From Nautiliaceae bacterium (GTDB lineage Bacteria; Campylobacterota; Campylobacteria; Campylobacterales; Nautiliaceae): DNA of 64,000 nt. The translations under genes and the position numbers were made by a program. The DNA is taken from positions 167-64,166 of the forward strand of contig JAMOTL010000111.1 in the NCBI GenBank assembly GCA_027062285.1, given 5' to 3'. Of the stretch, positions 25,461 through 35,106 are shown piece after piece (position 1 is the first letter of the stretch; every line of letters begins with the position of its first letter). The notes beneath the pieces were generated by a model. That model was not told where the DNA came from, ran no database searches, and saw only the letters and a program-made list of their open reading frames with translations.

Positions 25461-26531
25461 ATGTTTGAGAAATTAAAAAATTTAAAAACCTATGAAGCGG
25501 GAAAACCTATTGAGCTTGTTGTAAGAGAATATGGAATAAAACCGGAAGAGATTATAAAACTCGCGAGTAATGAAAATCCCTACGGACCTTCTCCTAAAGT
25601 AATTGAAGCTGTTAAAAAAAATGCGAAAAACATGCATAGATATCCTGATGACAGTTTTTATGAATTAAAAGAAGGTTTGAGTCAAAAATTTGGAGTGGAA
25701 CCTAAAAATATCGTAATCGGAGCAGGTAGTGACCAAGTGTTGGAATTTGCTATTCACGGGATAGCTCCGAAAAAAGTTTTGATGGCGGGAATTACATTTG
25801 CGATGTATGAAATTTATTCAAAACAGGTTGGAGCGGAAATTATAAAAACTCCTTCGATTACCCATAATCTTGATGAGTTTTATGAACTTTATAAAAAACA
25901 CAAACCCGAGATAATTTTTCTGTGCGTACCTAATAATCCTCTTGGGGAGTGTTTAGATGCCAAAGCCGTTTATGATTTTATAGAAAAAATAGATAATGAC
26001 ACTCTTATAATTATTGACGGAGCTTATCAGGAATTCGCTTCATATAAAGATAAAAATAAAGAGATAAAACCTAAAGATATTTTAAAATACAAAAATGTCC
26101 TTTATACGGGAACTTTTAGTAAAGCTTACGGGCTTGGAGGTATGCGTGTAGGATATGGAATAGCTAATGAATACATAATTCAAAACCTTCATAAATTAAG
26201 ACCTCCTTTTAATATCACCACATTGTCACTTACTGCTGCTATAAATGCATTAAAAGACCAAGAGTGGGTGGAAATGGGAATAAAAAATAATTTTATCGAA
26301 ATGGAAAAATACATTTCTTTTGCCGAAGAAAGAGGCATAAAGTATTTTGATTCGTTTACAAATTTTATAGTTTTGTTTATCGAGAATTCGACTGAAATAG
26401 CAAAAGCTTTATTAAAAAAAGGTATAATTATAAGAGATATGGCAAGTTATGGCTTTTCGGCGATAAGAATTACAATAGGAAAACCTGAAGAAAATGATAA
26501 ATTATTAAAAATATTAAGGGAAATTAGTTGA
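25461..26531 (+). CDS. hisC: Histidinol-phosphate aminotransferase
   Basis: It has LASNENPYGPSP and FSKAYGLGGMRVGY (PLP Lys). I prefer the ATG at 25461 (AAAGGA RBS, just after the pheA stop) over the track's TTG at 25425. Confidence 0.9.
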   Translation: MFEKLKNLKTYEAGKPIELVVREYGIKPEEIIKLASNENPYGPSPKVIEAVKKNAKNMHRYPDDSFYELKEGLSQKFGVEPKNIVIGAGSDQVLEFAIHGIAPKKVLMAGITFAMYEIYSKQVGAEIIKTPSITHNLDEFYELYKKHKPEIIFLCVPNNPLGECLDAKAVYDFIEKIDNDTLIIIDGAYQEFASYKDKNKEIKPKDILKYKNVLYTGTFSKAYGLGGMRVGYGIANEYIIQNLHKLRPPFNITTLSLTAAINALKDQEWVEMGIKNNFIEMEKYISFAEERGIKYFDSFTNFIVLFIENSTEIAKALLKKGIIIRDMASYGFSAIRITIGKPEENDKLLKILREIS

Positions 26532-28210
26532 ATTTTGAAGCTCTTTTTAAACAGATAATTGAATTTTTCAATCATCTAAATAAACGCCAGAGATATATTA
26601 TTATCGGCTCGGTGGTAGCCGTTATTTTGATAATCACCTTTTTGGTGGTTTTTAATACTACTTCTTCTAAAAAAGAACCCGGATATGCCATTTTATTTGA
26701 AAATCTAAAACCCCAGGACGCCGCTTTAATCGTCCAGTATCTTGACAAAAAACAGATCCCTTACGTTATCCCTGAAAACGGAGTGATTGAAGTACCAAAA
26801 GAGATGGTTCAAAAAGTAAGACTTGACGTAGCGGCTCAGGGACTTCCGAAATCAAGCAAAGTGGGCTTTGAAATATTTGATAAAAGTTCTTTTGGTGCGA
26901 CCGATTTCGAACAGAATATCAAATATTTAAGAGCCCTTGAGGGAGAGCTTGCTAAAACTATAGAGTCTATTGCGGCGGTGGAAGAGGCCAAAGTAAATAT
27001 CGCTATTCCTAAAGAATCTGTTTTTGCCGATAAAAAAGTAGAACCAACGGCATCCGTTTTATTAAAACTAAGACCTAATATGATACTTACTCCAAAACAG
27101 ATACAGGGTATAAAATGGCTTGTAGCTGCTGCTGTTCCGAAATTAAAACCGGAAAACGTAAAAATAATCGACCAGTATGGAAATCCTCTTGGTGAAAATG
27201 ACGAAATTACTCAAAACAACGAACTTTTAAAAGCAGAACTTTTATATAGAAAAAAAGTCGAAAAAGCTCTTGAAGAAAAAATATCATCGCTGATAGCACC
27301 TATTGTAGGCGGTAAGAACAAAGTAGTGGCAAAGGTAAGTGTGGATATAGATTTTTCAAAAGTAAAATCAAAATCTACGATTTATTCACCGGATAATGTT
27401 GTAAGAAGCGAACAGGTTTTGGAAGAGAGCAGAATAGGAACAAAACCCAAAGAAGTGGGCGGAGTTCCAGGAGCGGTAAGCAACATAGGTCCCGTACAAG
27501 GTACGAAAAACGGACAAATAGTCGATAAATACAATAAAAGCGAAACTACTACGAATTATGAAATTTCAACTACAATAAAAGACGTAAAAGACAATTATCC
27601 TAAAATCAAAAGAATTACCGCAGCAGTAGTGGTGGACGGGCATTACCAAAAAGATAAAGACGGAAAAATCAAATTCGTACCCTTAAGTGAACTTGAAATA
27701 AAAAATATTGAAAATCTTGTAAAAAATGCGATTGGTTTTGATCCCAGAAGAGGTGACAGCGTAAGTGTCAGCAGTTTTAGATTTAATCAAATAAAATCAA
27801 GCGGACCTCAAACGCAAGTAGGAAAAATTATGAGTATGGTGGAAATGTATTTGGGACCGGTGGCGCCGATTGTGAAATATCTTTTCTTAGCTGTTGTTTT
27901 ATTCGTTTTTTACAAAAAAGTTATTACTCCTTTTACACAGAAAATGCTTGAAACGCCTGTAGTTGAAGAAGAACCGGCTAAAGAAGAAATCGTAATAAAT
28001 GAAGAAGAAATAGAATCAACTTATGATAAAATAAAAGAATTAAAAGAAAAAGTGGAACAGCAGCTTGGTATTTCGGGAGAAATAAACGAAGAAGAGTTAA
28101 AGTACGAAGTATTACTCGAAAGAGTTACAAAAATGGTAGAAGAACATCCCGATCAGGTTGCAAAAGTGCTTGAGAATTTATTAAAAGAAGAGCACCCCGA
28201 GACACCTTAA
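26528..28210 (+). CDS. fliF: Flagellar M-ring protein FliF, TTG start
   Basis: The 560-aa protein has an N-terminal TM helix, LKPQDAALIVQYLDKKQIPY and a second TM helix near residue 440. Confidence 0.9.
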   Translation: MNFEALFKQIIEFFNHLNKRQRYIIIGSVVAVILIITFLVVFNTTSSKKEPGYAILFENLKPQDAALIVQYLDKKQIPYVIPENGVIEVPKEMVQKVRLDVAAQGLPKSSKVGFEIFDKSSFGATDFEQNIKYLRALEGELAKTIESIAAVEEAKVNIAIPKESVFADKKVEPTASVLLKLRPNMILTPKQIQGIKWLVAAAVPKLKPENVKIIDQYGNPLGENDEITQNNELLKAELLYRKKVEKALEEKISSLIAPIVGGKNKVVAKVSVDIDFSKVKSKSTIYSPDNVVRSEQVLEESRIGTKPKEVGGVPGAVSNIGPVQGTKNGQIVDKYNKSETTTNYEISTTIKDVKDNYPKIKRITAAVVVDGHYQKDKDGKIKFVPLSELEIKNIENLVKNAIGFDPRRGDSVSVSSFRFNQIKSSGPQTQVGKIMSMVEMYLGPVAPIVKYLFLAVVLFVFYKKVITPFTQKMLETPVVEEEPAKEEIVINEEEIESTYDKIKELKEKVEQQLGISGEINEEELKYEVLLERVTKMVEEHPDQVAKVLENLLKEEHPETP

Positions 28211-28220
28211 AGGATAAATA

Positions 28221-29246
28221 ATGGCACTTTCACCTCAACAACAGGCGATTTTAGAAGAATTGTCAATGGCTGAAAAAATAGCGATTCTTTTGATTCAGCT
28301 GGGAGAAGATCTTACTGCACAGATTTTTTCTTATATGGATGTGGATACTATTACTGAAATTTCAAAGTATATTGCTACTGCTAAGGCTATTGATAAAGCG
28401 ATTGCAGCGGCGGTTTTAGAAGAATTTTATGTAATTTTCCAATCTAATCAGTATATCGCAAGCGGCGGGCTTGATTATGCTAAAGAAATTTTATATAAAG
28501 CCCTCGGTCCCGAAGAAGCTAAAAAAGTACTTGATAAACTTGCCAAATCATTACAAAGCGAACAGACTTTCGGTTTTTTACAAAAAGTAAAACCGCAGCA
28601 ACTTGCAGACTTTATCGTTAATGAACATCCTCAGACTATTGCTCTTATTTTGGCTCATATGGATCCAAGCAGTGCTGCTGAAACACTTAGTTATTTTCCT
28701 GATGAAGTAAGAGCCGAAGTACTGATGAGAATGAGTAACCTTGGTGATATTTCACCTCAGGTAATCAAAAAAGTAAGCGCAATACTTGAAACGAAACTCG
28801 AATCACTCACAGGATACAAAGTAGAAATAGGCGGTGTCAGGTTTGTTGCGGAAATATTTAACAGACTGGGGCAAAAGGCTGCCAAATCAACTCTTAAATA
28901 TATTGAACAGATAAATAATCAACTTGCAGAAGAGATAAAAGAAAAGATGTTTACTTTTGAAGATATATTAAAGCTCGATAATACGGCAATTCGTGAAATC
29001 TTAAAAGAAGTCGATAAAAATACTCTGATGATAGCTCTAAAAGGTGCACCTGAAGAGCTTAAACAAAAATTCTTAGCCAATATGTCACAAAGAGCGGCAG
29101 CGGCGTTTGAGGAAGAGATGCAGTTTTTAGGTCCCGTAAAAGTAAAAGAAGTGGAAGCGGCACAGAGAAAAGTAATAGAAATAGTTCAGAAACTGGCTGA
29201 AGAAGGTAAAGTAAGTATCGGAGCAGAGGAAGAGATAATTGAGTAG
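28221..29246 (+). CDS. fliG: Flagellar motor switch protein FliG
   Basis: It has AILLIQLGEDLTAQIF, an MFTFEDI (MFxF) motif and EHPQTIALILAHM. Confidence 0.95.
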   Translation: MALSPQQQAILEELSMAEKIAILLIQLGEDLTAQIFSYMDVDTITEISKYIATAKAIDKAIAAAVLEEFYVIFQSNQYIASGGLDYAKEILYKALGPEEAKKVLDKLAKSLQSEQTFGFLQKVKPQQLADFIVNEHPQTIALILAHMDPSSAAETLSYFPDEVRAEVLMRMSNLGDISPQVIKKVSAILETKLESLTGYKVEIGGVRFVAEIFNRLGQKAAKSTLKYIEQINNQLAEEIKEKMFTFEDILKLDNTAIREILKEVDKNTLMIALKGAPEELKQKFLANMSQRAAAAFEEEMQFLGPVKVKEVEAAQRKVIEIVQKLAEEGKVSIGAEEEIIE

Positions 29247-30012
29247 GATAATTAACGGAGGAAAAAGCGACAAGCATATTATTAAACCATATAAATTTAA
29301 GTCATTAACAGAAATAGAAAATGATTTTAAACCGGGATTTTCTTCTTTTTCTAATGTGAAGGACGAAATTGATAAAAATGATAAAATAATCGCTACCGAA
29401 AATACGCAAGAGAGTGAAAAAAATGATAAAGTAATCGAAAGTCTTTTGGAAAAAATCGAAGAACTTTCCAATAATATTATAAAATCACAAATGGAATATG
29501 AAAAAGAGATAAAAAAATGTCATGAAGAATCTCAGCAAAAAATAAAAGAGGCATTTGAAGAAGGGTATCAAAAAGGCTTGAAAGAAGCGAATGAAAATTG
29601 TGAAAAGCAACTTAGTGAAACCCAAAAACTATATGAAGATTCGATAAAAAAATTAGAAGAAATAACGCAAATTTTCAATAAACAGATTGAAAATATAGAA
29701 AAAGAGTTAATTTCGGTAGCACTTGATATAGCAAAAGAGGTAATTCAAAAAGAACTTAATGAAAATTCTAAGGAAATTGCTTATAATCTTGCAAAATCTT
29801 TGATGGAAGATTTAAAAGAAGCATCAAGTGTAAAAATAAAAGTCAATCCTGAAGATGCGGAATTTTTAAAAGAAAAAATAACAGGTGTAGAGATTATTCC
29901 GGACAGTGCCGTTAAAAAAGGCGGGATAGTTATAATGAGTGATGTGGGAAATATTGACGGAAAAATTGAAGAAAGATTTAAAGCCGTAAAAGAAGCGGTG
30001 CTTAATAAATAA
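29239..30012 (+). CDS. fliH: Flagellar assembly protein FliH
   Basis: Its position after fliG, the coiled-coil middle region and the C-terminal GGIVIMSDVGNIDGKIEERF support the call. Confidence 0.7.
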   Translation: MSRIINGGKSDKHIIKPYKFKSLTEIENDFKPGFSSFSNVKDEIDKNDKIIATENTQESEKNDKVIESLLEKIEELSNNIIKSQMEYEKEIKKCHEESQQKIKEAFEEGYQKGLKEANENCEKQLSETQKLYEDSIKKLEEITQIFNKQIENIEKELISVALDIAKEVIQKELNENSKEIAYNLAKSLMEDLKEASSVKIKVNPEDAEFLKEKITGVEIIPDSAVKKGGIVIMSDVGNIDGKIEERFKAVKEAVLNK

Positions 30013-30031
30013 TGTTTAATTTAAGGGTTTT

Positions 30032-31858
30032 GTGATGGATAGAATCGATGTTAAAAAAATGAGTTTGGATGAACTAAACGAACTTGCCGAGAAAATTAGA
30101 AAACGAATACTTGAAGTCGTTTCGGCAAAAGGAGGACATTTAAGTTCGACTTTAGGAGCTGTCGAGCTGATAATTGGGATGCATTATGTTTTTGATGTGG
30201 AAAAAGACCCTTTTATTTTTGATGTATCCCATCAGGCTTATGCTCATAAATTATTGACTGGCAGATGGGAAGCGTTTGAAACATTAAGGCAATTCGGGGG
30301 GATAAGCGGATATACAAAACCCAGTGAGAGTAAATATGATTATTTCAGTGCCGGCCATTCATCAACATCCATTTCAATAGCTGTTGGAGCGGCAAAAGCA
30401 ATAAAACTTAAAAAAGAAAACAGAACGCCTGTGGTGCTTATTGGTGACGGGGCTATGAGTGCGGGAATGGTTTATGAAGCTTTAAACGAACTTGGAGATT
30501 TGAAACTGCCTGTTGTTATTATACTTAACGATAATGAAATGAGTATCGGAAAGCCTATCGGAGCTATCAGTAAATATCTTACGAAACTGAAAGCGGGAAA
30601 ATTTTATCAGGGATTTAAAGAAAAATTTAAAAAGTTTTTAGATCAGGCGCCCGGAGATATAAAATATGCGGCTAAAAAATTTGAAGAAATTTTTAGTGTA
30701 AACGGGGTGTTTTTTGAAGAAATGGGACTTGAATATATAGGCCCTATCGACGGGCATAATCTTGAAGAAATTATTGAAGTTTTAAAAATAGCAAAAGAGC
30801 TTAAAAAACCGGTGGTCGTTCATGCTAAAACGATAAAAGGAAAAGGTTATAAACAGGCTGAGGGTTATTATGAACATTGGCATGGAGTCGGGCCTTTTGA
30901 TTTAAAAACAGGAGAGCCTCTTAAAAAAAGTTCACTCTCGGCTACTAAGGTTTATGCTAAAAAACTTCTTGAAATAGCAAAAAAAGATGAAAAAGTGGTG
31001 GGAGTAACCGCTGCTATGCCGAGCGGCACCGGTATGAAAGATTTGATGGAAGAGTTTCCTGAGAGGTTTTGGGATGTTGGAATTGCCGAGCAGCATGCCG
31101 TAACATCCATGGCTCCTATGGCAAAAGAAGGATTTAAACCTTTTGTAGCTATTTATTCGACGTTTTTACAAAGAGGATATGATCAAATAATTCATGACGT
31201 ATGTCTTGATAATTATCCTGTAAGATTTGCGATAGACAGGGCCGGTATAGTAGGAGCGGATGGTGAAACCCATCAGGGTGTTTTTGATATAGGGTATTTA
31301 AGAATTATTCCAAATATAACCCTTTTTGCGCCGAGGGATTTTGAAACGCTGAAAAAAGCGGTGGAATTTGCTTATAAGTTTGACAAAGGCCCTAGTGCTT
31401 TTAGATATCCGAGGGGAGCTTTTAAGCTTCCGGACGGAATTTTTGAAGCTAAAGATTTTGAGCTTGGAAAAGGTGAAATTTTAATAAATAATGAAAATAT
31501 TATGCTTATCGCATATGGAAACGGGGTAGGAAAAGCGTACAGGGTTTATGAAATTCTTAAAAAAAGAGGAATTGATACCGGTCTTTTGGATTTAAGATTT
31601 GTAAAACCATTTGATAAAGAACTTTTAAAATCTTTAAAAGCCAAAAAATGGTATGTAATAAGTGACAATGCTAAAGAAGGCGGCATTGTCGAAATGCTTG
31701 AGAGATTTGCCGATGAAGAAAATTTAGACGTAAAAATAAAAAGTTTTGAATATCCTGATAAATTCATACCTCACGGGAACGTTGAAGAAGTTGAAAAGTT
31801 TTTGGGTGTGGATGAAGAAAGTATTGCCGGAATTATAGAAAATGAAAATAGGGTTTAA
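30032..31858 (+). CDS. dxs: 1-deoxy-D-xylulose-5-phosphate synthase
   Basis: It has GGHLSSTLGAVEL, GDGAMSAGMVYEALN (TPP motif) and AEQHAVT. Confidence 0.95.
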   Translation: MMDRIDVKKMSLDELNELAEKIRKRILEVVSAKGGHLSSTLGAVELIIGMHYVFDVEKDPFIFDVSHQAYAHKLLTGRWEAFETLRQFGGISGYTKPSESKYDYFSAGHSSTSISIAVGAAKAIKLKKENRTPVVLIGDGAMSAGMVYEALNELGDLKLPVVIILNDNEMSIGKPIGAISKYLTKLKAGKFYQGFKEKFKKFLDQAPGDIKYAAKKFEEIFSVNGVFFEEMGLEYIGPIDGHNLEEIIEVLKIAKELKKPVVVHAKTIKGKGYKQAEGYYEHWHGVGPFDLKTGEPLKKSSLSATKVYAKKLLEIAKKDEKVVGVTAAMPSGTGMKDLMEEFPERFWDVGIAEQHAVTSMAPMAKEGFKPFVAIYSTFLQRGYDQIIHDVCLDNYPVRFAIDRAGIVGADGETHQGVFDIGYLRIIPNITLFAPRDFETLKKAVEFAYKFDKGPSAFRYPRGAFKLPDGIFEAKDFELGKGEILINNENIMLIAYGNGVGKAYRVYEILKKRGIDTGLLDLRFVKPFDKELLKSLKAKKWYVISDNAKEGGIVEMLERFADEENLDVKIKSFEYPDKFIPHGNVEEVEKFLGVDEESIAGIIENENRV

Positions 31859-32636
31859 AAGCGATATTCATCTGGATTTTTGGATAGGAAGTGAAACAAA
31901 AGATTCAATTATAGAAAAATTTATTGAAGAAAAACTATCTCCCAAAAAAATGGATGTTTTAATACTGGCGGGAGATTTAGGGCATTTTAATGAGCAAAAT
32001 GTAAAACTGATAAAAGTACTTAAAAGATATGCCGAAGTTATTTTAATTGTTTTTGGAAATCATGATTACTATCTAATAACACAAGAGCAATTTTTGAAAT
32101 ATAAAAATTCGTTTAATAGAATCAAAGAACTTAAGACGGCTTTAAGAGAAATAAACGGAGTCTTTGTACTTGAGGGCGATCTTTTTAATATAAACGGTAT
32201 CTCTTTTTTAGGAACGGGAGGATGGTATGATTTTTCTTATGCTATCAAACACGGTTATTCTTTAGAATACATTCAAGAAGCATGGGATGAGATAATGAAC
32301 GATGCCAAAAAAATCGTTCCTAAAATAAATCCTGTAAATTTTTCACTGTTGGAAAAAGAAAAATTAAGAAAAAATATAAACAGAGCCGAAATTGTTTTTA
32401 CGCATGTACCGCCTCTTTATATAAGTTGTCATGGAGATGTTATTATGGACAGTTTTTACAGTTTTTACGGATATGATTTATTTACGGATAATATAAAGTA
32501 TTGGATTTTCGGGCATTGTCACAAACCTTATGATTTTTATGAAGGGCATATCAGGTTTTTAAGTTCACCCCTTGGATATCCGTATATGAGAACCGGCAAA
32601 TTTAATATAGATTATTTAAATTATAAGGAAAGATAA
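31842..32636 (+). CDS. Metallophosphoesterase family protein
   Basis: It has SDIHLD, GDLGH, GNHDYY and GHCH motifs. Confidence 0.7.
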   Translation: MKIGFKSDIHLDFWIGSETKDSIIEKFIEEKLSPKKMDVLILAGDLGHFNEQNVKLIKVLKRYAEVILIVFGNHDYYLITQEQFLKYKNSFNRIKELKTALREINGVFVLEGDLFNINGISFLGTGGWYDFSYAIKHGYSLEYIQEAWDEIMNDAKKIVPKINPVNFSLLEKEKLRKNINRAEIVFTHVPPLYISCHGDVIMDSFYSFYGYDLFTDNIKYWIFGHCHKPYDFYEGHIRFLSSPLGYPYMRTGKFNIDYLNYKER

Positions 32637-33172
32637 TGGCAAAAGCGGTATTTGGGGGAGGATGTTTTTGGTGTCTGGATGCGGTTTTTAGAAAAGTTAA
32701 AGGTATAAAAGACGTCACAGTCGGATATGCGGGCGGCAGACGCCCGAATCCTACATATGAACAGGTATGTACCGGTGTTACGGGACATGCTGAAGTTGTA
32801 ATGATTGATTATGATGAAAATCAAATAACTTATGATGAGCTTTTGGATATATTTTTTACTATACACGATCCGACTCAGCTTAATCGTCAGGGGAATGACG
32901 TTGGAACGCAATACCGTTCTATTATTTTGTATCTGGATGAAGAGCAGAGAAAAAAAGCAATAAATAAAATAAATGAACTAAAAGCTGAGGGAATAGACGT
33001 AGTGACGGAGGTTAAGCCGCTTAAAGTGTTTTATCAGGCCGAAAATTATCATCAAAATTATTTTGATAAAAACCCGAATCAGCCTTATTGTGCGTATGTA
33101 GTTGCGCCAAAAGTAATCAAGTTTTTTGAAAATTTTTCAAGAAAAAGTCAAAAAATAGTGTATAATAAATAA
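32636..33172 (+). CDS. msrA: Peptide methionine (S)-sulfoxide reductase MsrA
   Basis: It has the GGGCFWC active-site motif and HDPTQLNRQGNDVGTQYRS. Confidence 0.95.
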   Translation: MAKAVFGGGCFWCLDAVFRKVKGIKDVTVGYAGGRRPNPTYEQVCTGVTGHAEVVMIDYDENQITYDELLDIFFTIHDPTQLNRQGNDVGTQYRSIILYLDEEQRKKAINKINELKAEGIDVVTEVKPLKVFYQAENYHQNYFDKNPNQPYCAYVVAPKVIKFFENFSRKSQKIVYNK

Positions 33173-33187
33173 AAAAAGGAGGGGATT

Positions 33188-33499
33188 ATGATTAAGATCG
33201 ACGAACTAATAAAAGTCGGAATCGGAAGTGCTTTATTAGCGAAAGAAAAATTGGAAGAATTTATTGAAGAAGCTAAAAAAAGAGGAGAACTTTCAGAAAC
33301 TGAAGCTCAACAACTTATAGAAGAACTTAAACAAGAATCGGAAAAAAAAGTCAATGAACTTAAAAAAATGATAGAAGAAGAGGTTAGACGTCAGTTAAAT
33401 GAATTAGGACTTGCTACCAAAGAAGATATTGAGAATATCAAAAAAGATATTGAAGAAATTAAGAGATTATTGAGATCTCAAAATAATGATAAAAAATAG
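33188..33499 (+). CDS. Coiled-coil protein, phasin-like (weak call)
   Basis: The 103-aa helical protein is highly charged. It overlaps the ubiB start by 14 nt. Confidence 0.4.
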   Translation: MIKIDELIKVGIGSALLAKEKLEEFIEEAKKRGELSETEAQQLIEELKQESEKKVNELKKMIEEEVRRQLNELGLATKEDIENIKKDIEEIKRLLRSQNNDKK

Positions 33500-35105
33500 T
33501 ATTTACGAATTAAAAAGAACTCAGCAGATTATTTTAATTCTTGCTAAATACGGATTTGGTGATATTGTTGAATCCATAGGGCTTCCCGTACCTTATAAAA
33601 AAAAACCTAATCTCAGTAGAAGCGAGAGAATAAGACGGGCGATTGAAGAACTTGGGCCTACTTTTATAAAACTAGCCCAGGTCCTTTCTCTTAGACCTGA
33701 TCTGGTTCCCCTTGAGCTTGCTAAAGAATTGGAAAAACTTCAGGACAGGGTAGAACCTCTGCCTTTTGAGAAAATGAAAACGGTTTTAGAAGAAGAATTT
33801 GAAAAACCTTATACCGAAATTTTTGAAGAAAATTTTGAATTGCTTGCCAGTGCATCCATAGGTCAGGTTTATAAGGCGCGGTTAAAAACCGGAGAGGTTG
33901 TGGCGGTAAAAATTTTAAAACCGGGTATCGAAGAGAAAATATTTGCTGATATTGCTATTCTTCAAAGACTTGCAAAACTTCTTAGAGAAAAATTTTTAGT
34001 ATATGGTATTGATTTGGTAAGAATAGTCGAAGAGTTTGCCAAATCTATAAAAAAAGAGCTTGACTTTCATATAGAAGCTCTGAATTTAAAAAGATTTGCG
34101 GGAAATTTTAAAAATAATCCTAATATAAAAGTTCCGAAACTGTATGAAGAATATTCCACGAGACGAGTTTTAACGATGGAATATATAAACGGAATAAAAA
34201 TATCCGATATTGAAAAACTAAAAGAAAACGGATATGATTTAAAAGATATTACAAAAAAAAGTTTTAATCTTTTATGTGAACAGATTTTTATTCATCGTTT
34301 CTTTCACGCCGATCCCCATCCCGGTAATTTAATGGTGTATGAAGGAAAAATCGTTTTTATTGATTTTGGAATAATGGGAAGACTTAGTGAGGAAGACAGA
34401 GAAAACATTATAGAAATGATTTATTATATTACAAAAGGGGAGGAAGAAAAGGCCGCTTTATATATATTAAAATTATCAAAAGTGGAAAATGAGATTGATA
34501 TATCATCTTTTAAAAAAGAGATGGCTGATATCATTTCAACTTATATCAATACTTCACTCAAAAACGTAGAACTCAAAAGTCTTCTGAATGATATTTTAAA
34601 AGTTATGCATAGATATAGGATATATTTTAAAGAAGATAATTATCTTTTGGCAAAAGCCCTGGTCACAACAGAAGGTATCAGTAAAAAACTTTATCCCGAT
34701 TTTAACGGGATTGAAGAGATAAAACCTTTTATAATAAAGCTATATAAACAAATAATGTCACCTTTTAGTCTTATTAAAAAATCTCATGAACTTAATAAAG
34801 CGGTTATGGAATTTATATCAAATGCTCCGAGTGATATTAATGAAATTATAAAAAAAATAAAAACAGGAAAACTTAAAATAGAATTTGAGCATGTCGGGCT
34901 TGAAGAATTTGAAGAATCTATTGAAAAATCTTTTAACAGATTATCAACCGCTATTGTTATAGCAGCTATTTTAATCGGTTCATCAATGCTTTTAAGTTCG
35001 AAAATTCCACCTACTATACATGAGATTTCCCTTTTAGGTATTTTAGGGTTTGTGTTTGCATCGGTTATTGGAATAATTTTGATTTTTACTGTATTAAGGA
35101 AATGA
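33486..35105 (+). CDS. ubiB: UbiB/ABC1 (AarF) atypical kinase family protein
   Basis: It has ASASIGQVYKA, VAVKILKPG and HADPHPGNL, plus C-terminal TM helices. Confidence 0.85.
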   Translation: MIKNSIYELKRTQQIILILAKYGFGDIVESIGLPVPYKKKPNLSRSERIRRAIEELGPTFIKLAQVLSLRPDLVPLELAKELEKLQDRVEPLPFEKMKTVLEEEFEKPYTEIFEENFELLASASIGQVYKARLKTGEVVAVKILKPGIEEKIFADIAILQRLAKLLREKFLVYGIDLVRIVEEFAKSIKKELDFHIEALNLKRFAGNFKNNPNIKVPKLYEEYSTRRVLTMEYINGIKISDIEKLKENGYDLKDITKKSFNLLCEQIFIHRFFHADPHPGNLMVYEGKIVFIDFGIMGRLSEEDRENIIEMIYYITKGEEEKAALYILKLSKVENEIDISSFKKEMADIISTYINTSLKNVELKSLLNDILKVMHRYRIYFKEDNYLLAKALVTTEGISKKLYPDFNGIEEIKPFIIKLYKQIMSPFSLIKKSHELNKAVMEFISNAPSDINEIIKKIKTGKLKIEFEHVGLEEFEESIEKSFNRLSTAIVIAAILIGSSMLLSSKIPPTIHEISLLGILGFVFASVIGIILIFTVLRK

Positions 35106-35106
35106 G